From contig NC_043002.1 of assembly GCF_006345805.1 (NCBI RefSeq), positions 44,268,001-44,332,000 of the forward strand: a stretch of DNA of 64,000 nucleotides, read 5' to 3'. Shown piece after piece: positions 53,853 to 64,000 of the stretch; position 1 is the stretch's first letter; every line of letters starts with the position of its first letter. Below the pieces are notes generated by a model that was not told the DNA's origin, made no database searches, and worked only from the letters and a program-made list of their open reading frames with translations. Source of the stretch: Octopus sinensis (lineage: Eukaryota). A program made the translations under genes and the position numbers.

Positions 53853-56689
53853 TTATAAATATATATAGTATATATATATACTAATACATACATATATATA
53901 TGCACATATATATATAGTGTATATATATACATATATATATAGAGATATACATACATTATACATATATTTATACATATATATATGTATGTATATATATATA
54001 TATATATATTAATATATATATATATATATATATAATTACATATATATGTATAGATATATACATACATATAAATATAATATAGGTGTATAAATGTTGAATG
54101 TGGATTCGTCCTTTAATTGGATGTTTCCAAAAAAGATTTCTAATGTTGATTCTTCATACTTTGCTGGGAGTTTACGGGTGTAAATTTGCAAAGATACGAA
54201 AGTAGTACTTGTGTATAATTTATGATGAATTTATGGTATAAAGTTCCATAAATCCCATCAATTTTGTTAAGAATGGAGGAAACAAGTTGTTAAAATGTGT
54301 AAGAAGTTTAAATCTTGCGGACAATCGTTTCATACAGAGATATAATAAATTCCTGATTGAATAAAATAAAATAAATATCAACGTACTCTTCGGTACAGGA
54401 AGGAAAGAAATCAAAATACAAGGAACTTGAAAAGGAATAGAGTATAAAAAGTTGGGTGTGGAAGTGTCACATTGGGAGTCATGTCAGATATTGAACCATA
54501 ACTGCCGGCTTCAACGATTATTTGAAGATATAAGCAAAAAGGTATCGGAGACATTCCAGCTATAGATGAGTATCGAAATTAGAATTATTACTCCATATAC
54601 GTAGCGTATGGCAAGTAAGTAGTAGAAATGTCCAATGGCAAGACAATACCAAATTTAAATTAAAATTAAAACTAACCGTTGAAATCAGTACATAGTACAA
54701 TATACTTTTTAAAAATCTATACAAAAGAATGAAGTTTAGCGCGAGGAAGTGGTATATGAGAAGTTAATACTAGATAGTTAACGCAAACAAATGGCAAAAA
54801 ATAGAGGAATGAGAATGAGTTACCGAGAGATGATATTAGGTAATAAAGGAGAAAAAATAAGTAAAAACGGAGAAGCAATTACCAATATTACAATTAAATT
54901 AGTGTGTACTTATGGTGTTTGTAAAGATAAAAATAAAATGAAAAGGTGAATTTAAAAAAATGAAGTTAGCTAGACCAAAGTAAATGTAGGGGAGATAAAT
55001 GAGCGGAGAAAGAGATGAGTAGAAAAATAAAAAATTTCGATAGGGATGTGTGGGTTATGCAGAAGGTGTATTTTAATATATATAAAAATAGATTATTTCA
55101 GAGATTATAATCCAGCTTAGTATTATGTGAGAGATGTATAGAATGGCAGTATGTTCGTAATGGTATTCGCTCTGTAGGGGTGCCATGCCAGTATAAATAC
55201 AAGAAAAAACTACGAGTATAAGGGTGGTGAATGTGTAAAATTTGAATGAAATCGGTTGGGTAGTTCTCGAGTTTTAGTGATGCACACATACAGACACACA
55301 GACAGAGCGACAGACACATATTCTCAGTTTTATATATAGAGAGAGAAATAACGTAGGATTAAAAATGTAAATAACTTAGGATTAATTCCTCAACTTTTAT
55401 ACTTGTCTTACCATAAATCAGAAGGATGGTTAAATTTCGTTCGTAATCTTCCATCCACACGAGGAAAATCCAAAATGACTAAATAAAAACATATATCACA
55501 GGCAGTGCTAAATTTCTGCGAACGAGAAAATCTTCATAGATTTCTTTCAATATTGACAGTCTCATGGAAAAGTCTCATAAGATGAAGACACACCTAGATT
55601 GCACGTCACACCGTTCACCATTATTATTATTATTATATCATCAAACTCACATGTTCTTTGCTCCCCCAATTAGATTAGAACCTGGCCTCCTAAAGTATAA
55701 ATAATGTTAATATAAATGCATACGGAAACCCAAGTGACTCCGTTAGCATAACACTTTCTCCAAGGCTCCAAATATATAATTAAAGCCATAGTCCACCAAT
55801 ATTTATAATTCCAATCCTGGAATTAGGTATAAACGCTTTAAACTTCAGTATATTTTGTATACACACTCACCAATGGACAGAAATACAAGAAATCAAACGT
55901 CATTAACCAGCTAGAAGTAAGATTTGAAAAATAAATCTGAACAGTATAGCCAGATCTTATATATCGGTAAAGAGAAAAGTGTGATTTGTGAGTTACACAG
56001 AGCTAGAACATCCTATTCCCCTATGAGCAAACATTGAACCAACTTTTTAAAAGCCGCATAATTTCAGCATCTAGAAACTTTTTCAGCCAACCAATTTCCA
56101 CCATCATTAACTTGATTTATTCTAATTCCCTATTCTACGTTCTACTCCAATTGCAATTTCGTCCCAAGTCACTCAACACTATATATTTCTGTTCATCTTC
56201 CTATTAACTTTCCGACAATCTTATTAAAATAAAACAAATCAACACCTCTTTGTAAGAAATTTTTGTTTCTGGCTGAGCATGGAATAGCATCTAATACATT
56301 GGTTCATGATCATGACGTCATGAGTTCAATTCCAGGAAGGAGGAGAGTTGTATCTCTGAGAAAAAAAAAACTTCACGCCACGTTGATCCTATCTATTCAA
56401 CTGTTGGTGCAGCTCTCTCTTCCTGCAGTTGTCACATTCTAAATGTTCCGGTACGACAAGCTTCAGAGAGTGTCTAAGTCTGTACGCAATTACATCAGCA
56501 CCAAACACAATTTGCGAACACATGGTAGATATTGTCAAGTCACTCGTTTGTATATGACGACTGCTTTATTTATTATTAAAAAAAAATTAACTAACAAAAT
56601 ATCGTCAGGTCAACATTCTGCACTGTGAGCACATTATTAACTTTTGCGAGTTGTACTGTTGCCGCCAGGAAAATTTTAATATATGCGTG

Positions 56690-56720
<31 letters not shown>

Positions 56721-57152
56721 TGTGTGTGTTTGTGTGTGTGATTGTGTGTGTATCTCTATGTGTGTCTCTGTTTGGGTCTGAGTGCAATTGTGTGTGCGCG
56801 CGCGCGTGTTTCTGTGCGTGTGTGTGCGCGTGCGCATGTGCGAGTGTAGGTACAATGAGGCCTGAATGATTAATAAGTTGTCTTTGTCGTGAAATTTTAC
56901 ACAAAAAGTAGCTTTTAGGTTTTATATCAACGCTGTAGATTTTCTTCCTATAGGCGGATAGACATACAGGCACACACACACACATCCATGTGCGTGTATG
57001 TGTGTGTCTGCGTGTGTGTGTGTGCGCGCATATATGTAATTGAAAGTTGATATGTATGTTCAAATGTTGATCTCTATCAACTTGATATATTGTCGTATAT
57101 ATTTCTCTGTATATATCAATGAATGCGCGTATTTTACTTAATATTCTCAGGA

Positions 57153-57186
<34 letters not shown>

Positions 57187-57981
57187 ATATTACTTCTCAG
57201 ATGTACTGAAATGCTACCATTTCATATCTTAATATACTACTCTTCCTAGCACACATTATAACCTCTGTAACATTTCTCTCTACGCCGTTATAATTTTTCC
57301 AGAATTATATTGAGTAATAATGTTTTGGGGATGATGGGCAATATCCGACAATTTTGAACTAGTTAAAATTGGCATTTTATTTGCTCTGAATAAATATATT
57401 TCACATCACAAAGTACAGTTGCCTTGAATCTAAGCTTGCACTCTGAGTGAGAGCGACGTTTGGGCCTCCATAAATGCATATGATTTATATAATGCTGTAA
57501 TTTCTCAGACTGTATCTTGCTAACCTTGCAACACCTTTAACGTTTGATAGATTATCATGTCAAAGAGTAAATATGTATTTAATATTTACTTTCGAACTGT
57601 AAATGTTTATTTAGAACACATCTTTCTGAACGTTCTATTAATTTCCATAATTTAGTAGGCCTATACTCCATATGAGATAAAATTCATACAGAATATTTAA
57701 CTGTGTTACTTCTCTTGCTACATACATGAATTTCACTGAATAAATTCAATATTGTTATGCTCCTGCATAGATTTGAATAAAACATTCTCTCTGCGCTCAG
57801 CGCGCAACACCAGTTGGTTGACACTATCCAATGATCTAAAAACTAATATGCTATTAGAAACAGGAGATTATGGAACTTAAATAGTCCAGTGGACGAAAAT
57901 GTTTCTTACAAATGCACACACACAATACGCACATGCATTCACTCACATACATGCATACAAACACATGTGTATATATATATA

Positions 57982-58023
<42 letters not shown>

Positions 58024-58275
58024 ATCTATATATATATATATATTATATGTGTGTGTGTGTGTGTGTATATATGTGTATATATATATATTGTGTGTGTGTA
58101 TATATATATGTGTAATATATATATATATGTGTGTGTGTTATATATATATATGTATTATATAGTATATATATGTATATATAATATTATGTGTTATATATTA
58201 TATGTATATATATATATATGTATATATATATATGTATGTATATAATATGTATGTATATATATATGTATGTATATA

Positions 58276-61200
58276 CTGATGGAGCTCGGCCGACAGATCG
58301 CAACCAACTAAAAACATAGCGGCGACCCTGAAAATCCATGGCTTTATGAGGACGTTGGCGCAAGTAGAGAGGAAGAAAAGAGAAGTCGAAAGGGCTACAC
58401 TCTCATTGCACCACACATGGCTTTGGTTAAGCCAAGTCCTCAAGGTGGACAAAGACAAAGAGAGAGGATGGAAACAGGAAACACCAACCACAGAGTGTCA
58501 AAAAATGACACGCCCACTGCCACAGTCGAAGAAGGCAAGCAGGGCAAACAACAGATAGGCGGCGATGGGGAAACGGAAAATAACCACCCGGATGAAAATA
58601 CCTATGCAGAAAGAACCAGTGGACAACCGTCCAACGGAGGAAGAAAAAAAAGAGAGGAACTGGGGACAAGAAAACCCAGATAACATGCAAATTCTTCCGG
58701 AATGGAACCTGCTGGCATGGAGAAAACAGGGGAAGGATGCAGGTTCGCTCATCCCAGGCTCTATGGAAATTGCAATCAAACCCACTCGACCAAAATTCCT
58801 TAACCAAAACCAAGACCGAAACCAAAACAGAACAAATACAAGATGCCCCAGAAATATGCAGACATAGTGCGGAATGCCCCCACAAGGAGAAGGCGCACAT
58901 TTGCAGAGGAAATGCAGACGGCGGCAGCAGACAAGAAATTTTGTGGAAATAGCAGAGAAATTGTGGGACAACTGGCCTGGATACATCGTCTTCAGAGCCA
59001 GGGGCTCTCACAACAGCACTCAAAAACCACCACAATCAAGGGACCCAGTGGCCACCGCTGACACCAGCCCAGGTGCCACACCGACAGCCTTATTGACACC
59101 CCAAATATCTCACCAGTGCTTCTGCTGAATGTCAGAGGTCTGGTGAAACCACTAATATGAGTAAAATTCCTTACCTTAGGGACTTAAGCACAAGCAACCA
59201 TGCAATATGCATAGCGCTGACTGAAACGCACCTGTCAAGCAGTATAGCAGATGCAGAAATACACGTACCCAAAGTATACTGTTTTTCGGTCAGACAGGAA
59301 GGAAAGAACTCATGGGGGGTTGCCCTGTACGTCCGTGAAGATGTCACACCCATAGTACTGTTGACACCTCAAACTCAGTCTGTGACACACTGATAGTACA
59401 CATGAAACAACCGAAATAGTAATATGTGTCACATATCGGCCACCAGACACCCCTAGTCATGAAGGAGTGTTTGAAGATAGCCTCAGAAGAATAGAAGAAG
59501 TCCTGGACAAACTGGACCAGGGTAACACCATTCTACTGCTGGGAGATTTTAACCTTCCGAAAGTCAAATGGCCAGATGGCCATCTCCTCCCTGGAATGAC
59601 ATCACTTGAACAGAGACAGACAGAGTCCTTGTTGGCTCTCACACGCAAGTTTTTCATGGAACAAGCAGTGCTTCGGCCAACAAGAGGTGAGAATGTCTTG
59701 GACCTCTGTTTCACAAGCAACCCGATGCTCATCCACAACATAATGGTAACACCAACAATTCTCTCAGATCACAACTTAGTAGAGGTAATGATATATAGTG
59801 TGAGAGAGTTAGTTGAGACGCAGCCATTAGAAAATACCACAGGCCTATCCAGTCTAAACTTCCATAAGGCAAACTGGAAGAAGATCAACGAAGAGATCCG
59901 AAAACATGACTGGAGTCACTTCATCACCACACAAGACACCAACACACATTTCCAACATTTCATGACAACAATACAGAACATATGCCATAAGTTTGTCCCG
60001 GAGAAAAAAAGCCAGCGGGCATAGGAACGTTATTCCCAGAGACAGGAAAATACTTATGAGGCGAAGAGCTAAGCTCTCGAAGCAACTGAATGCACGGCAG
60101 AGAAACAATGAGGGATTTCACCTGAAACTTTTTGAAACGGAAACTGCACTCAAACTTTCTTATGAGAAGGAGAGGGCAGAGAGAGAAGCCAGGGCCATAG
60201 AGAATATTAAAACAAACCCTAAAGCTTTCTTTAAATTTGCGAAAGAAACCACCTCGGTACACTGCAAGATTGGCCCACTCTTTGATAAAAAGGGCTCTCT
60301 AACTGAGGACCCCCAAGGGATAAGTGAAATACTAAAGGAACAGTATAAAAGTGTGTTCACATCCCCTCTGGGGCACATGCAAATCACAAACCCAGAAGTT
60401 TTCTTTGATGCCACACACATATCCAAACCAAACAACAACCATCGACCACATAGACATAACAGAGAGGGATGTATATTGCCCATAGAAGAAATGAGAATAA
60501 ACTCAGCTGCTGGACCAGATGGATTCCCAGCAGTCCTCCTAAAACCATGCAGGCATGCCCTAGCGGGACCACTGAAGTGGCTCTTCAGTGGTTCCTTGGC
60601 TAACGGTAAAACTGCCCAGGGCGCTAAAAGAAGGCACCATATGCCCTATCCACAAAGGAGGGGAGTAGAGCAGAGGCCAAAAACTACAGGCCAGTCTCCC
60701 TGACGTCACACATAAGTAAGTCATGGAACGAATCATCAGAAAAAAACTGATCACGTTCCTCGAAGAAACTAACCGTCTCACTGACACACAGCATGGCTTT
60801 CGCCTAGGAAGAAGCTGCCTTACGCAGCTGTTACAACACTACGACTGGTACTGAAACAACTAACTACTGGATCGCTCACAGGTGGATGTGGTATATCTCG
60901 ACTTTGCGAAGGCCTTTGACAAAGTCGACCACGGAGTGATATGTCACAAAATTACTCAGACTCGGCATAACAGGAAAAGTAGGTGAGTGGATACATGACT
61001 TCCTGAAGGACAGAAGCCAAATGGTTGCAGCCAATGGAGCCCTCTCGGGAAAGACACCAATGGCAAGCGGGGTGCCACAGGGCACAGTCTTGGGACCCTT
61101 GCTGTTTTTGGTGGCGTTCTCTGACATGCCCTTGGTAGCACAAACAACATCCCTCACTAGCTATGCTGATGACACAAAGGTAGCACAGGCAATCAAAAAC

Positions 61201-62142
61201 CCAGCTGATGCTGACCTTTTACAACAAGATCTGGATGCCATATACAAATGGGCTGAAGACAACAACATGCAATTTAATGCTGGTAAATTTCAAGCTTACA
61301 ATAACCTGTAAACACATATACATTACAAACACAACTATACTGGTCCAGGAGGGATCGAAATCCCAGTATCGAAATCAATACGGGACCTGGGGATAGACAT
61401 GAGTGACGATGCATCTTTTTCTTCACACATCGCGAAGGTGGCGACAATGTGCAGACGACTCAACTGGCTGGATCCTGAGGACATTCCGACAAGAGACTGC
61501 GAGACCATGTTGACACTATGGAGGACATTTGTCCTAAGCGCCTGGACTACTGCTCCCAACTGTGGTCACCGCATAGTGTCAAACTAACCACAGAGCTTGA
61601 GACAATCCAAAGACATTTCACCAGAGGATTTCCACCATGAAAGAAAAGAACTATTGGAGAGGCTTAGGAACTCAATTTGTACTCCTTGAACGAAGACGAG
61701 AGAGATATGCAGTGATATACATATGGAAAATCCTGGAGGGACTAGCACCAAATTTTGGAATTGGAGAGCTGTTCCAATCCCCGTCAGGACGTCACTGTGT
61801 GGTGCAAAGGTCCCGTCTTCCACATCCAGGGTAAGGAGCAGATACTGTAATAGCCTGGGGTTCAGGGGCCCTCAGCTGTTCAACAAACTGCCAAGAAAAC
61901 TAAGAGATCTACATGATGCGGATGTGGACATTTTCAAAAAACATCTAGACAAGCAGCTTTCCGGGATCCCAGATGAACCCACTGCAAGGTACGAAGGTAA
62001 CCTAAGGGCAGCAGCTACAACTCTCTCTTAGATCAGTGGCCACCACGGCAACTGGACTTAGAGAGGGTAGCAACAAGGGCGGTGCCCCAGCTGGCCTCAG
62101 CCGGATGGCTGAAACAAGTAAAAGAGTAAAAGAGTAAAAGAG
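58276..62142 (+). mobile_element. CR1/L2-group LINE, near full length but frameshifted
   Basis: ORF1 remnant with CCCH-like finger (TCKFFRNGTCWHG...GCRFAHP). APE endonuclease ALTETHL, LLLGDFNLP, LDLCFT, ILSDHNLV. RT YLDFAKAFDKVDH, GVPQGTVLGPLLF, YADDTK. Tail (TAAAAGAG)n. Confidence 0.92.
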
Positions 62143-62147
62143 TATAT

Positions 62148-62201
<54 letters not shown>

Positions 62202-62378
62202 TATAATGTATATATATATATATATCTATATATATATTATATATATATGGTATATAATAATATATATATATAGTATATATATAGATATATATATGTATAT
62301 ATATATATATATGAGTGTGTATATATATATATATTATATATATATATATATATATGTGTAATATATATATATATAGTG

Positions 62379-62414
<36 letters not shown>

Positions 62415-62490
62415 ATATATTATGTTAATATATATAATATATTATATATATATATATATATATATGTATTATATATATATATATATAATA

Positions 62491-62535
<45 letters not shown>

Positions 62536-62557
62536 AGAGAGAGAGAGAGAGAGAGAG

Positions 62558-64000
62558 ATCGCCCTCCAGATGCCCCAAGCCATGTAGGCAAGTTTGAAGA
62601 CTGCCTTATAAAAATAGAGGAAGTTGTAGTCACATTAGAACAACACATAAGTGTACTTCTTATGGGAGACTTCAATCTACCCAATGTCAGATGGCCCGAG
62701 GGCCTTTCTCTCCCAGGAATGACACGATGTGAACGAGGACAGGCGAGGTCCCTCCTGAACCTCATCAACACCCTGTACATGGAACAAGTAATACTCCAAC
62801 CAACCAGGGAAGGTAACACACTGGATCTCTGCTTCACAAATAATATGGATCTCATCCATAACGTGAAAGTGACACCGACACTACTCTCGGATCACAACAT
62901 GGTAGAGCTGACCATGTACGGGCCAAAGGAAAGCATGGACATGCAGCCTACAAGAAACTCTCAGAATCTTTCCAGCTTGAACTTCCATAAGCAAACTGGA
63001 AACAAATTGAGAAAGAGATCCTCAAACAAAACTGGCCTGAATGCCTCTCCTCGCCAGACATCGAGGTGAAACTTCAACAATTCATGTCTGTAATGCAAGC
63101 CATATGCTACAAATGTGTCCCAGAGAGAAAGGCCACTGTACACAAGAACAAAATCCCCAGAGAGAGGAACATTTTAATGAGACGGCGTACAAAAATTTCA
63201 AATCACCTAAACAAACAAATTGAAAGCAGTGAAAAGTCCCGCCTGAAAATAAAACTGTTGGAAATTGAAAAATGTCTGCAACTTTCCCATGAAAAGGAAA
63301 GAGCAGACAAAGAAGCCTGGGCTATATACAACATAACATCTAACCCCAGAGCTTTCTACAGGTATGCCAAAGAAACGGCTACGGTACACTGTGGGAGAGG
63401 GCCACTCCTTGAAAAGGATGGCACACTCACAGAAGATCCAATGAGGGTAAGTGAAATACTTAATGAGCAATTCAAAAATGTTTTCACTCCACCCCTTGGG
63501 CATTTCCAAATCAGCAATCCAACTGACTTCTTTACCACTGCAGATATAAAATCAGAGGCAGCGATGATTGATTACATCAATATAAAGGAAGACGATGTAA
63601 TAAAGGTTATAGATGAAATGAAAACAAACTCAGCTACTGGCCCCGATGGATTCCCGGCAATCCTCCTAAAAGTATGTAAGAGAGTCCTAGCAAGACCACT
63701 GCAGTTCCTCTTTCAGAGCTTCCTTGCAACTGGCAAACTTCCAAGAAAACTGAAGGAAGGTAAAATATGCCCTATTCATAAAGGATGGTAGCAGAGCGGA
63801 GGCCAAGAACTACAGACCTATCTCTCTGACCTCACACATCAGCAAGGTCATGGAACGAATAGTCAGAGGAAACTGATCACCTTCCTTGAAGAAAAATGAC
63901 TTGCTACCTGACACCCAACATGGTTTCCGACTGGGAAGAAGCTGCTTAACTCAGCTCCTACAACACTATGACTGGGTGCTGAAACGACTGCTCAACCACT
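62558..64000 (+). mobile_element. Second copy of the same LINE family, 5'-truncated in the endonuclease, runs off the window
   Basis: LMGDFNLPNVRW, TLDLCFTN, LSDHNMV, ATGPDGFPAILLK, YRPISLTSH, QHGFR.GRSCLTQLL. Confidence 0.92.

Overview
AT-rich, microsatellite- and transposon-dense animal DNA. The tRNA-derived SINE families and repeat make-up point to an octopod cephalopod (inference). The only host gene I can support is the 3' end of a + strand contactin-like Ig/FN3 adhesion gene. Three FN3 exons (12987-13173, 25824-25939, 35707-35881) splice in frame with canonical AG/GT sites to a terminal exon encoding a GPI-anchor-type hydrophobic tail (38754-38884). A diverged tandem duplication carries a second intact copy of that terminal exon (43994-44124): same acceptor, phase and length, no indels or stops, 12 of 43 residues changed. 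This suggests alternative last exons with different anchoring signals. The rest is transposon debris: CR1-group, Tx1/L1, HERO-like and Penelope retroelements, Tc1/mariner remnants, Helitron-like elements and SINEs. Notable items are a Tx1 inserted in a (TAGA)n array, a Tx1 tail-to-head junction inserted in a SINE head with a 16-bp TSD, Penelope-linked hammerhead-ribozyme motifs, a long intronic inverted repeat and a SINE/LINE shared 3' tail. Most ORFs in the supplied track are microsatellite artefacts. All family names come from motif recognition; no database search was run.
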